From Octopus vulgaris (Eukaryota): DNA of 64,000 nucleotides. A program made the translations under genes and the position numbers. Shown here one piece after another: positions 1 to 13,084 of the stretch. Within the stretch, counting starts at the first letter, position 1, and each line of letters begins with the position of its first letter. Under the pieces are notes generated by a model. The model worked only from the letters and a program-made list of their open reading frames with translations, ran no database searches and was not told the DNA's origin. The DNA is taken from NCBI GenBank assembly GCA_951406725.2, contig OX597816.1:59024001-59088000 (forward strand). Direction: 5' to 3'.

Positions 1-1399
1 AAAATAAGAATTTTGAAAGAAGTTTCTATAAAACTAGTTTTTAAATATTAAATGGCTATGGGGATCCACCAGAATAAAATAGAAATCAGAGGAGCCTATA
101 GGTAAAAGATGATTGAGAACTTCTGCTCTACAAAGTCATTTAACCTGTGAGGAGACAGTATAGCCAAATCTCCCTTATATCATATGCCAATACCTTAAAA
201 AAGGAAGCACATGTTACTCTGAGAAAAGAAAAGGACGGGATGGTCACAGTTAGAATGTCTTTCTCTAATTGTAGGTCTGATGCATCAAAGCTGAACAAAT
301 ATATATTTCATGAATGAGGCACCTTTATGATAATCAGTGATAACAATGAAAAATATCATTAATCATTGACATGATGAGAAGTAGGAGGAAGGGCGGGTTG
401 TTGATAATGCTTCCAATCCCACCCTGACCTCCACTATAATAAATGCGAGGTAGAGATAGTTGGGTGAAATTAATACAGTCAATGATTCAGGGGAGATGGT
501 AGTGGTGGGGAGTGGGGGAGTGATAATGAGGATAAGGATGATGGCAATGATGATGATGAACAAGAAAAGAAGGACAGTTTTAGTGGTAGTATTGGTGGTG
601 ATGATGATGAGAAGGAGAGAAGAAGAAAGACTGTGGTGATGGTGGTGGTAGTGGCAGCAGTGGAGAAGGTGGTAATTATAAAGATTATGATGGTTTTATT
701 ATAAGGAATAATGCTTAATAACCAACACTCTTTAACAGAGTGAATGACAAATGTATAGTCACACAAATACACAAACACTCGAGCATGCACAAACACACAT
801 ACACACAGTTATACATACATAGATATACACATACAAATATTCTGTCATCTTTCTCTTGTTGGCAAACACCAGATTTTACAATTCCTAAAAATTTCTCTAT
901 ATTCCTCTAGTTGTTCATTCTAAGATCTGGCAGTGACAGTTAGACTAGGTATTATTGATGAAGATGAAGTCCAATAATGATGAAACATGTCACCATGTTG
1001 TCAAAGTTCAAATTCTATCATCCTTATATTCTATTCATAATTAATTCTTATTGATTTAAATTCCTGTCTTTCTCAACCAGAATTAATCATTGAACTAATG
1101 ATTTTCTTTTACACTTCTCATTAAATATGTAATTTTAATTAATATTCATTGTCTTCTTACTTCCTTAAATATATTAACACCTGCTTTACTATTATTTTTC
1201 AAGTAGCTGGTATCCCTAGAGACTTCCCCTCCCCCACTCCATCTACAGTCATTCCAACACATTATAAAATCAGGATCCAAACTTTCATTCTATGTAGAAT
1301 ATCGTCTTGAATTATTTTTCCCAGATTGTGTTTTAAGAAAATTAGCTTTTTGTTCCACATTATTTTGATTGAAATGATCAACACTGTTTAATAAATATT

Positions 1400-1613
1400 C
1401 GTTTCTACTCTAGGCACAAGGCCTGAAATTTTGGGGGAGGGAGCCAGTCAATTAGATCGACCACAGTACACAACTGGTACTTAATTTATCAACCCCAGAA
1501 GGATGAAAGGCAAAGTCAACCTTGGCGGAATTTGGACTCAGGACATAAAGACAGATGAAATACCGCTAAGCATTTTGCCCAGCATTCTAATGTTTCTTCC
1601 AAGTTCACTGCCT
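1400..1613 (-). mobile_element. tRNA-derived SINE, family A (Nin/Deu-like core gcctttcatcctttcggggtcgataaa)
   Basis: Matches the many other copies; 17-bp TSD actgtttaataaatatt at 1383-1399 and 1614-1630. Confidence 0.85.
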
Positions 1614-2024
1614 ACTGTTTAATAAATATTGCCTAATTTCTCACTTTTTGTTCAATAGTCAATTTAGGATAAACTTTGGTTAAAAATTTTCATAAAACTT
1701 CTCATTGTGGTTTGTGTTTGTATTTCTTTTATGAGATTCAAATAAAGTCATCAGAAAGAGACATCTGTACATCATTGTTTTACAATGATAAATGCTTGTA
1801 CAATACACGTACCACTCTCAGAGTTTCTGTGATTAGTACCTAATGACAGGTCAAAGTGAGATGACCAGTAACCACAAGAAACCACAGGATTTACACCTGA
1901 TTAGCCATCACCTAAGATGTTATAGCAACAGCCTGGGATCCCTCACTCACAGTGGATTTTCTACACGCTCTGACACCAACCAAGGATATTTCTGTGTCTT
2001 TGTGCTCAGATGGATTGTCATGTT

Positions 2025-2270
2025 TCTTATTTCTTTACTGCCTACAAGGAGCTACACACAGAGGACAGAGGACAATCAAGGACAGACAAATGGATTAAGT
2101 CGATTAGATTGACCCCAGTGCGTAACTGGTATTTATTTAATCAACCCCGAAAGGATGAAAGGCAAAGTCGACCTCGGCAGAATTTGAACTCAGAATGTAG
2201 CGGCAGATGACATACTACTAAGCATTTTGCCTGGCGTGGTGCTAACGTTTCTGCCAGCTCGCTGCCCCAT
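2025..2270 (-). mobile_element. SINE family A
   Basis: 16-bp TSD gatggattgtcatgtt at 2009-2024 and 2271-2286. Confidence 0.85.
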
Positions 2271-4931
2271 GATGGATTGTCATGTTGTATATTAGTTAAT
2301 CCATAGCTGAGGCTCTAATAGGTATTGCAGATCTGAGTCAGATTAGGCCTGGGAACAATAGTGATTAAGAAATGGTTCCACACTCCTCAAAACACTGGAA
2401 ATTCCAAACCAGATCCCCACTCCCAGATGCAGTTTAAAGGTCATACCCAGGATATACATAACATACATACATACATACCCACACATTATTACATACATAC
2501 ATGCAATTCCAGAGATATAGATGTATATGTATGTGTATATTGAGTATCTTATGATAGCCATTGCATAATAGGTATATCTAGTTATCTACAACTTGTGTGG
2601 GTGTCAAATTTTATGATAATAGTTGTGTGATAGAGTCTTTATTGTATATATCGTATTTATTTCATTGCCAGAGAAACAAAAGGAATCACGTGGGAATTAT
2701 CCCAGTTGACAATTATGATCGATAATTCATCAATAGCAATGGAACCTCTAAATAGCATATTGATTTTATTGATTGTATTGAGCCAAAGAATATATCCACT
2801 TATTATTGCTATGGATTCATTGATTGAGGAAGTGGGTATTTATGTATTCTACAACATCCTATTGGACATTCTAATGGCTTTCACTTACATTTATATAACT
2901 ATTCTACTAGTTATTGTAGTAGTTGTGGTTTTCATCCATGAGTTTAGTCGATGACACCGTTTCCATTCCAGTGTTATAACCTCTTATATTTAGTGGTTAA
3001 TGTCTTTCAGAAAAATCTTAAACTTCTGAAATCCCTTTTGCTTTTTCATAAATATATTCTAATTTATTTCTGGGTTAACATGCAGTTTGCTATTATGAAA
3101 AACTGAAAGTAAATTATCTTAAAAAAATTAAAGTAAATTGCAATAGAAACTGAATGTGACGACAATGACATCCCATAACTGCATGTAAACAATGTATGTG
3201 CCATAACCAACAAATAGAATGTACATGTATTTAATATAACATGAAAACCACACATATATTTTATATAAAATGAAAACAATCAAACATTTCAGTGGTGTTC
3301 GTTGCTGGATAAAATATATTGAAATAGTGTACCTCATCTACTATTTCTGAAATACTTAACTAGTGTACATTAAACTTTTAGTGATATGTTACTGAACAAG
3401 TAAGTGTGCCTGTGGACGTGGCATAATGAGGGAGTTCTTTATATTCATTTATGAAATTTTGGGATCTTACTATTGTCAGTTTTGGTTTCTATCAATTGAT
3501 TTTCACTTTTATAGAACAATTTACTATCACTTTTTTATGATCGTAAACTTCAAGTTAACCATATTTCTGCTAGAGTGACAGAAACAATGAGGCACTGGAC
3601 TAATTGTTTTAAAATATTTAGTTTTATTCTTCAATCAAGGTTGACTAAGTTTACCTTTTATCCTTCCAAGCATTAACAAGATAAGTAGCTGTCATATGTC
3701 TAGGTTGATAAAATGGTCCTTACAAAAACACTTCACATAATGGTTACAAACATGTGGCAATGAACAAAACAAAGGTATATAAAATAAGGAATTATCAGAG
3801 ACATTAGACATTCTAAAAATTTTGATATAAATCTAACATATATAAACACTGGATATTTTGAAAAGAGATAATTTAAAAAAATAAACTAAAAAACATATAA
3901 GGTAACCCACTAATAAAACTGATAAGAGCTCTCCTCTTCAGTTGGACCAGAATACTCTGCTGCCAGTTATTGACACTGCTATACTTGAATGTGTCTGGGG
4001 ACATTCTGATGTCAGATTGGACCCAAGATCTCTCATATCCTGTAAGAAATGGCACACTAATCAACTTCACATTTTGTTTTCACTACAAGTGTTACATCAC
4101 AAATTCAGAGTCCCTCTTCTCTCCAATAAGCACATTGTTTCTCCCTTCAGTATTCTTCAATTCATTTAGCATTTCTATCAGATTAACACTTGTTTTGCAA
4201 AGAATTGAACTTCAATTAGACATGGTTGGAGAATGTGCTCTTCCCCATATGTTTTTAGGTTATCTTCTCTTCATCTGCATACCACTGCCCATACTGAAAT
4301 CTGGGGCAGTGAAAGACACTGTGGATATTGTTGAGGTTGGACATGACATCAAGCATCCCACATTCTATCAGTAAACCAGTTTTAGGATATCATAGTTAAC
4401 TACTGTTGTCATCATCATCATCATCGTCGTTTAACGTCCGTTCTCCATGCTAGCATGGGTTGGACGGTTCGACCGGGGTTCTGGGAAGCCAGAAGGCTGC
4501 ACCAGGCTCCAGTCTAATCTGGCAATGTTTCTACAGCTGGATGCCCTTCCTAACGCCAACCACTCCGTCTTACCTTATAATTCTTATCTTGCCCTATAAC
4601 CGTTGCCTTGCCTTATAACAGATTGTCATGACTTAAAACTGTTAGCTTACCTAATAACTATCATCTTGCCTTATACTAATCCAATACTTTATCTTTCCAA
4701 TCTCTTGAATTCTTTTGCACTTTTCTAAATCTCACTAATTATTAGCATGTTCCTCCCATTGTTATTGAGGTCTTTCATTTGCTCCATCAGTAAAGCACTG
4801 GTTCTTCATGCAACTGTAAAAACAAGTCTTAGAGAAAAGAACCCCACATAACCTCATTCTACCTGATCTCGTTTTGGGTAGGCTTCTCTTTTTAGTGAGT
4901 CTTTTTCTTCTTTATACTGACTGTCAATGTT

Positions 4932-5002
<71 letters not shown>

Positions 5003-5412
5003 GAGAGAGGAGATAGCATGTCTGTGGGTCGGAGATTTGGTTACATCTCATTGCCAAATATTTCAGTACTTAGTACCAATTCTAAAGATCTTTGGAATTG
5101 CATTGCCATGATACCTGGTGCATTAATAAGTTTAGAATGTTTATAATACTTAATATGTGTAGTGTACTGGAATATTAAAACTAAATTGCTAGTTGCTATT
5201 TTTCTGAACAACTTTGGCAAATAGTATCATAGGTGTGTAAATTGGGTTAAAATTAATGCCAAGATTGTGCTTTTGATGATGAAGATAATGCCATTGCTAA
5301 TTTTCAAAATAATTATTTTAATTGATAAAATTTTAAGATCTTTTCAAAAAATTTTCCCCCAAAGTACATTTTGTATTTAAAAACAATATTTGTGTCACAA
5401 GCAATCTTTTTT

Positions 5413-5783
5413 TTAACCGTTTTAATACCAACCTGCTAAGAACACCTCTAGTTCTATGATACAGACTTGTGTTAAATTGATCTAAATTACAATATTTAAT
5501 AAAAAGTTATGTTAATTTTTGTTATTAAAAAGGATAAATGTCACCCTTTACAAGCCTAGCAAGACTCATGGGCCCAGTTTCTCGGTTTCTGTGGCATATG
5601 TGTTCCCCCCAGATGGACGGAATGCCAGTCCACTGCAGAATTTTTGCTTTAATTTATGTTAATTTTTGTCATAAACATTTTTGTTATAAATGACAAAGTT
5701 ATTTTACTAAATTCTTCACTATTTTCAAACTTAATTGAAACAAAGGCAATATCCCATCAGAAATACAGTAACAAAAGGGTTAA
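5413..5783. mobile_element. piggyBac-type (TTAA) MITE containing an unrelated insert; relatives at ~58158-60110 and ~60124-60346
   Basis: Ends TTAAccgttt ... aaagggTTAA; internal motifs (ttttactaaattc, aattgaaacaaa) are shared with the other copies. Confidence 0.55.
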
Positions 5784-6924
5784 ACTAAGCTTTCTTACCA
5801 TTCTTTGTGGCAAATATTTCCATTTCAATTGCCTTCGCTTTTATTTACTCCATTTTTCTTGTTTTTAAACTGATTTTTGTTGTTTTTGTTGAATTTCTCT
5901 TAGATTTTTGAAAGCTGTGTATGTTCAGCTCATACAACTTTCAAAGAATTTTACATCATTGGATGCCTCCTTAAATCACTGGAAAAGATTAATTATAAAC
6001 AAGAAGGGAATGTATTTGTTCTCCTCTTCAATATGTTCAATGTATTTGACATTGAACATATTGAAATAAAATGAAAACTTTATTACATGTATTCACTACT
6101 TCCACTCAGTTGATGATTAAATCTTAGTAAAACAACAGAGAGCAATCAGATTATTGTGTGACAGATTATTAATGTACATTATAGCAAATTAAAATGTCTA
6201 AATATGAAATTATTTAAACTAAAGATCCAGCTATTTATTTCAAATAAAGCTATGTTTGTCTTGATCTTCATTTCTTGTATAAAGTAAATCTTTCAACTAT
6301 AGAAAAAAAAAAACTGATAAACAGTTTCATAATATCTTTCCATAAACAAAAACATAGTAAATAAATAAAACATTTAAGTGTGATTAATAACTGCCATTAT
6401 CAAATTAGCTGTTGAAATAAACTAGTGTTAATGACAGCGTTTTTGCAGTTCAAATTTTTCACACTTCTTCATTTCCCAGCAAATATATTTATTACGCAGA
6501 TGTTGGTTGATAAAGCAAATATTACTTTCTTTGTCTTTTCTTACATTCTTACCTTAAATATTTGTTCTTGGTTTGTCTTTTCATGGTTTATGAGATTATT
6601 GAATTAAATTTGCCTTTTAATTGGAATGGCCAATGCAATAAAGTACCAAACTGGATGCAGTTCAGTATTTTGCATTGTAGCTCTAAATTATGATTTCAAA
6701 CTTCCAACTTTGATTATCATTTATCTAGAATTGATAATATAATTAGTAAAACTAGTAATATATCGAATCCTGTGATTCTGCAATAACATAAGAAATCAAT
6801 ATATATTTCTTTACTACCTCTAAGGGGCTAAGCACAGAGGGGACAAACAAGGACAGACAAAAGGATTAAGTCGATTACATCAACCCCAGTGCGTAACTGG
6901 TACTTAATTTATCGATGTAGATAA

Positions 6925-7815
6925 ATGCTGATGTAGATCAAGCAACAACCCATCAGTGGCTGAGATGCTCAGGGATGAAAGTAGAGACTGAAGGTTTCAT
7001 ATTGGCAGCACAAGATCAAAGCTTTCTTACCAAAAACTACCTGTCTAACGTTCTTCAAAATGGTTCTGACCCTAAATGTAGATTCTGCAATAAATTTGAT
7101 GAAGCAATAGGCCATCTTGTCTTGGGATGTCCTGTGCTGACACCAAATGAATACAAAAATCACCACAATAAGAGAGGACAGTGTTTACATTGGAAAATAT
7201 GTAAACACTACAAAACCAGCACTCCTACTTACTGGTATGAACATCATCTTGAGCCAGTCGTTGAAGGTAAAAATGCCATAATCCTCTGGGATTTTCCAGT
7301 CAACACCAACAGAATGATCCAGGCTAATTGACCAGACATAGTCATAAAAAAAAACAGAAAAGGAAATACTTGCAGACTAATAGATGTAAGTGTTCCCACT
7401 GATAAAAATATATCTGTAAAGGAATTAGACAAATTAAGTAAATATAAGAATCTGGAAATTAAAATACAAAAGGTGTGGCATATTAAAGCAAGAACTGTTC
7501 TTGTTATTGTGGGTGCCCTAGGTATGATTAGGAAGGAATGTCAGAAACATCCCAGGAGAAGCATGTCTCAGAGAAATCCAAGAGATTATACTGACAAGTA
7601 CTGCCCACATCCTTAGAAAAACCCTATCAATTTAAATCTATGTGTTGTATTACATAAAGATATTTTGCTACTGCCCCTGCTGCCACTTTCTCTCCCGAAG
7701 CTTTCAGTCATACTGCTACATCTCTTATCCTTCACTCACCCTAGGATGCTGGGTGTGTCTCAGTGAATGACTATAACAAACATGCAAATTTAAAGTAAAT
7801 AATAAAATAATAATA
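6925..7815 (+). mobile_element. Dong/R4-clade (restriction-like endonuclease) LINE 3' fragment
   Basis: ETEGFILAAQDQ...CRFC...HLVLGCP...ILWDFPVNT...(R>stop)PDIVI...LIDVSVP...KLSKY...VIVGALG; ends in TAA-rich repeats. Confidence 0.85.
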
Positions 7816-7817
7816 TT

Positions 7818-7934
7818 ATCTAGGATATGCCTGTTCAAATTCACATATCATCTAGGTTATACCTGTTCAAAGTCCATATTATCTAGGATATGCCTGTTCA
7901 AATTCATATATCATCTAAGATACGCCTGTTTAAA
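7818..7934. repeat. ~32-bp minisatellite, about 3.7 copies
   Basis: Unit atctaggatatgcctgttcaaattcacatatc. Confidence 0.85.
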
Positions 7935-7984
7935 CTGACAAAGAAATCAAAGCTAATTCTCCTGCTTACTGGTAAATATTTCAG

Positions 7985-8215
7985 TCCTTTCTGAATAAAA
8001 TATTGCTGAAAAAGAAGTGGAGAAATTGTCAAAGTACAAAGATCTCAAAACTGAAATATTGAAGATGTGGGGCATGAAGGTGAAAACAATACCTAGCAAT
8101 AATTAGAGCATTTTGTATGATAAAATTCCATACCTGGACCCTCAACACTATGCACTATCCAGAAAATAGGCCTGCGAGGAAAAACCCACATTCTATGCAA
8201 GACACTATCAAGTCA
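7985..8215 (+). mobile_element. Second, more decayed Dong/R4 3' fragment
   Basis: EKEVEKLSKYKDLKTEILKMWGMKVKTIP parallels the fragment at 7420-7500. Confidence 0.6.
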
Positions 8216-8265
8216 AAAGTACAACCCAAATAAAACAATCCACAAAGACAAGATACACTCTATAC

Positions 8266-8484
8266 CAGTGGTTTTCAACGAGGGTTCCGCGAAACCTTAA
8301 GGTTCTGCCAGTACAGTCCAGGGGTTCCACAAGAAGTTACAAAACTGCTAAAATCGACAGTAATTTTTAATTCTCCTGTGCAGATATGTGTGCATAAAAC
8401 TATTAAATTATTGCACAGGGGTTCCTCGAGCCAGTGGAATGTTTCCTTGGGGTTTCGCTCCAGCAAAAAGTTTGAAAAGCACTG
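8266..8484. mobile_element. hAT/Charlie-type MITE
   Basis: TIRs CAGTGGTTTTCAA / TTGAAAAGCACTG with a perfect 8-bp TSD ctctatac at 8258-8265 and 8485-8492. Confidence 0.9.
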
Positions 8485-8900
8485 CTCTATACAGTAATTA
8501 TCCAATAAAACAAGCAACGCCCACAACATGTACTCTACAGGTCAGTTATGCAACAGTATGCAACTAGCATTACACACACAACACACAATACAGACATTAA
8601 TACAGCAAAAGACTCAAGTGAAACCCCATAACAAAGCAAACTGATGCAATACAATACCAGGGAGTTTGTACTCCTATGACAGCAAAAATAACAAAAAAGC
8701 AAGAACACAATACTGCACACATCTCAGCAACACAGAGGTGTAGCAGGTGATGCAGTGGAAATTTACCTGAAAGTATCAAATGTCGAATAATAATGACGAT
8801 GATGATGATGAGGAGGATGATAATAATAATAATTGTACATGTATGTATGTACATATACATATATATGTATAGATAGATTGATAGATAGATAGATAGATTA

Positions 8901-8976
<76 letters not shown>

Positions 8977-9319
8977 AGAGATATATATATATATATAAGA
9001 CATTGATATACATACAAGCATACATATATATTTATACACACACACACACACACATGCATACATATATACAATGTATGTATGTTTGTCTATATATGTATAG
9101 ATGTGTGTGCTGCTTACATTAAGTTTCTACCTCAATGTAAATGTATTTTGAAGAAAATCTACTGGCTATATACAACAAAAACAAATATAGGTATACAAAT
9201 ACATACATAGTATAATCATGAATTTACACAGATAACATATGTACATGATTACTGATTGGGTTGTAGGTGTAGCATGCCGACAACAATTAAAAGCAGTGTA
9301 TGAAGAATATGTAATGTAA

Positions 9320-9569
9320 CTGCTCTATCTGCGACGATTTCATCTCAATCGAAGGAGAGGGGCTTTCTCCGTCCGGGTTGCGGATCCGTGGAATAAGCTG
9401 CCGGATGAGATGGTGAAGATGCCGACGACCGCTCGGTTCAAAGTCCCCCTTGACCACAAGTGGCCTGAACTCTTTACATGAACACCACCCTGTACATAAC
9501 TCCATGTCCCCCTACATGGCCTTGTTTTTGCTTTTTGAGCCAAAAAATTAACTAACTAACTAACTAACT
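9320..9569 (+). mobile_element. CR1/L2-type LINE 3' end
   Basis: HLNRRRGAFSVRVADPWNKLPDEMVKMPTTARFKVPLD followed by a (TAAC)n tail. Confidence 0.75.
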
Positions 9570-9970
9570 GAAGCCCTTCCATCACCATGCCACACTTATG
9601 AGTGATAGTAAAGCATTGCAACCCAATCAAAATATTTATCAATAGATATGTATATGCCAGTCACAGTAACTACACCTTATATATTGTGTCTATGTCCTCA
9701 TTTACCTTCTTTTCTATCCCTCTGTTCTTATGTTTACTTTCCTACTCTAATGTTCTAACATGAATTGTTTTGAACAGTATAAATAAAGATGTTCTTCTCC
9801 AAAAGCAATAATAATTTGATTACTTTAGTGTACATAGCAACAAAGAATATCAGAGATTACATAGAAACTGAACTATAAGCTTTTGTTTCACTGAAATCCC
9901 AAATTCTAGATTCTTTCATGACAGCATGATTGGAAAACATACATTATTTGTTGGTTATATATAATATACT

Positions 9971-9983
9971 GTTGCTAAGCAAC
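9971..9983. promoter_or_regulatory. Candidate RFX X-box
   Basis: Near-palindromic GTTGCTAAGCAAC in unique sequence, followed by a donor-like GAG|gtaatc. Confidence 0.35.
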
Positions 9984-10098
9984 GAGGTAATCAGGGATTA
10001 TCTATCTTTTGAATATTTAAGAAACTTGAAATAAAGAAAAAAAATTCTAAATATTCTTAATATTTGTGCTGATATTTTGGTTTTAATATTGGATAGTT

Positions 10099-10315
10099 CT
10101 AAGGTGGTGAGCTGGTAGAAATGTTTGCACACTGGATGAAATGCTTAGTGGTATTATGTCTGTCTTTACGATCTGAGTTCAAATTCCACTGAGGTTGATT
10201 TTGCCTTTCATCCTTTTGGGACTGATAAATTAGGTACCAGTTGCATACTGGGGTCGATCTAATCGACTCACTCCCCCCTAAAACAATTTCGGGCCTTGTG
10301 CCTAGAGTAGAAAAA
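10099..10315 (+). mobile_element. SINE family A (a second copy follows at ~10345-10550)
   Basis: 14-bp TSD aatattggatagtt at 10085-10098 and 10316-10329. Confidence 0.85.
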
Positions 10316-10887
10316 AATATTGGATAGTTTTAGAAAATGGAAGTGATTTGGCAGAATTGTTAGCGTGCCAGACAAAATGCTTAGTAGTATATCATCTGTC
10401 TTTACATTTTAAGTTCAAATTATGCTAAGATTGACTTTGCTTTTCATCCTTTCAGAGTCAATAAAATCAGCGTAAATTGAGCACATAAAACAATGGAATC
10501 AACTAGCCCTTCCTTTCAAAATTTCAGGCCTTGTGCCTATAATAGAAAGGTTATATAATTTTTGAGTGATGGATGGCAGAATCAAACAAAGTATCATAGA
10601 GTATTTAGTAATGTCCCTTTGTTATCTGAGTTCAAGTCCTGTTGAAACTGACATTACCTTTTATTCTTCCAGAAAGAATAAACAAAGATTCAACTGAATT
10701 TTAAAATCACAGCCTTTACAATTTTGTTTATGGTTTAGTCAGATGTGGCTATCATTTCTGTGCAGTCAAGCAACCACATAAAGACCTCATGTTACCTGAG
10801 AGTGTCTGGAGTACTTTTGGTTGTGTGTGTGTATGTGTGTGTGTGCATGTGAGTGTACAAGTGTGTATGTATGTGTATGTATATGTA

Positions 10888-10936
<49 letters not shown>

Positions 10937-10996
10937 TAAAATATTATTGGTGAATTGAAGAAATGGAGCTGAACGCAGATTGAACAGAAATCGTTT

Positions 10997-11089
10997 TATT
11001 TCATTCTACACGTGTTTCGAAAGGCACAATTTACCAAAATCCGATTGAATAATGGGACCATATTGTGTCTTTCTCTTCAGGAAGAAATA
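10997..11089 (-). ncRNA. Type I hammerhead ribozyme, mirror copy on the left palindrome arm
   Basis: Reverse complement of 11253-11345. Confidence 0.8.
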
Positions 11090-11252
11090 GGAAATCCGTT
11101 GGAAAAAACAAAAACAGAACAGAGGCGGAGCAAAACAAATCGAACTAGGCTCCTAAGAGCCCATGGCAAAACTCGCCATGGGCTCTTAGGAGCCTAGTTC
11201 GATTTGTTTTGCTCCGCCTCTGTTCTGTTTTTGTTTTTTCCAACGGATTTCC

Positions 11253-11345
11253 TATTTCTTCCTGAAGAGAAAGACACAATATGGTCCCATTATTCAATCG
11301 GATTTTGGTAAATTGTGCCTTTCGAAACACGTGTAGAATGAAATA
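11253..11345 (+). ncRNA. Type I hammerhead ribozyme (Penelope-type, minimal stem III)
   Basis: Stem I tatttcttc/gaa(t)gaaata; core CTGAAGA 11262-11268; stem II gaaagacacaat/attgtgcctttc with G10.1-C11.1; GAAA-C-ACGT-GTA; predicted cut after 11335. Confidence 0.8.
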
Positions 11346-11548
11346 AAACGATTTCTGTTCAATCTGCGTTCAGCTCCATTTCTTCAATTCACCAATAATA
11401 TTTTAATTTCAATTATCCGCACCAACGCACGGTTGCAACACCATATGGTTGTACCTCCAACCGTGCTGTTTACTGCTGTGATTTTTGCTACCAAGGTATC
11501 AGTTAAACTTTTGATTAATCTACTACAAGATTATTCATCTTTCTATTT

Positions 11549-11597
<49 letters not shown>

Positions 11598-11724
11598 GAA
11601 AAATATTACAGATCTATACAAATCAAATTTCTATATATAAAAGATGTAAGTGGAAATAGCACAGAAATCGAAGACATTTCAATTTAAAAGGGAATTTAAT
11701 AAAAATGATTTTACGGTGATTGTC

Positions 11725-11767
11725 GTATGCTGAAGACAGGTCAATACCTAGAAATTGCAGTCTGTGC
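11725..11767 (+). ncRNA. Degenerate minimal hammerhead ribozyme
   Basis: gtatg CTGAAGA c aggt caat acct a GAAA t TGCA GTC tgtgc: short stem II, palindromic loop III, GUC site, wobble-rich stem I. Confidence 0.55.
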
Positions 11768-12300
11768 ATATCACTTAGGTTGACGAGGGAGGGATGACTT
11801 CCCTTTGCAAATACCATAAGGGCACAGAAAGTATGCCTAAAGCCAGCTGGAGACGATGTTCTCCTGGGGCTACAAGCTACAGTAACACCCACCCTTAGTG
11901 GTTAGCCATATTGAGATGGCAAACATACCTCACAGATTTTAAAAATTATATAAAGAGAATATTACTGGTTTCCATGAATCTTGTCTCATCAAATATCAGT
12001 AAAAATTTATAAAAATTTGAAGTAAAAACAGTCTATCTTTTGTCTGGGAGTCAAGAACATGTCAAATATAGTTTGGTATAGAGTTCAAAATGTTAGGGAG
12101 TGAGAGAAGGGGTGTCTATTGTCTAAAAGAAATCTTTGTGTGATCCTGCCAAGGGAGTGGCTAAAAAGCATTTTTTGTGTGTGAGTGTGTGTGTTTGGAA
12201 AGTGACCAGCTGTGAGTTGATTAGTGTGTATGTTTGAAGAAAGAATTGGGATTTTCCTTTGGGTTAGATGTATTCTTTTGAGTGTCTCTACCTGTGTGTA

Positions 12301-12358
<58 letters not shown>

Positions 12359-12396
12359 CTCTGTCTCCCTCTATCTCTTGCTCTTTCCCTCTCTTT

Positions 12397-12453
<57 letters not shown>

Positions 12454-13084
12454 CTCACTCTCTCTCTTTCTGAACTATGAGCTACATCTTAAGACCATCA
12501 TATGATGTCTTTAATACCCATTCTGATCTGTTATCATTCTCAGTACTTTCTCATATCTGCTGTCAATGGCTTCTTCCCCACTTTTGTTCCTCACTCATTA
12601 TAGCCACCCCTATGTACCTCTGCATCCATCTCTGCCACTGTACATCTGTCTTCCATCCACCCCACTCTCCCACCCAAGATGTCACCTCCATATTTCCTGA
12701 TTTACCAACAGGTTTATTTTACAGCTGCTCTCCTCCCTTGCTGTACTGCCACTTATTACCTTATTCCTGCAACACTCCTATTTGTTTCACCTTCTCCCAT
12801 CCCCAAACTGATATTTACTATCTAACACACCTCCAGCTTTGTTCTATTCACTACATACACCTCCACCCCATCTCTAACCATCTGTCACTCTTTTCTCACA
12901 CTCTAATGATCCTATCACCCCACATCCTTCCCAACTCTTTGTCCATATTTTATCATATACAGGCATACCTCACCCTACTTCATTAACTGGTTCCAGCAGA
13001 CATGACTTAAGTTGAAAAATGACTCAACTTGTCTCTAGGCTAAGCTAAGCCAAATTTACTTGTTTCTAGGCTAAACCAATAATA

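Larger units (their letters stand above)
10933..11409. repeat. Foldback palindrome with 235-bp arms and a 7-nt loop
   Basis: 10933-11167 is the reverse complement of 11175-11409 (no mismatch seen); loop aaaactc; the track ORFs 11012..11197(+) and 11145..11330(-) mirror each other. Confidence 0.95.

Noticed and set aside
950-1005. Hammerhead-like ttgatga...gaaacatgtcaccatgtt
   Set aside because: The core lacks C3 and no stem I or stem II can be formed.
2706-2954. Hydrophobic 82-aa ORF resembling a membrane protein
   Set aside because: TTG start, AT-rich bias, no motif and no convincing splice sites.
11012-11330. Two near-identical 61-aa ORFs on opposite strands
   Set aside because: A consequence of the palindrome; no protein homology.
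12477-12986. 169-aa ORF
   Set aside because: Pyrimidine-rich low-complexity sequence with no recognisable domain.
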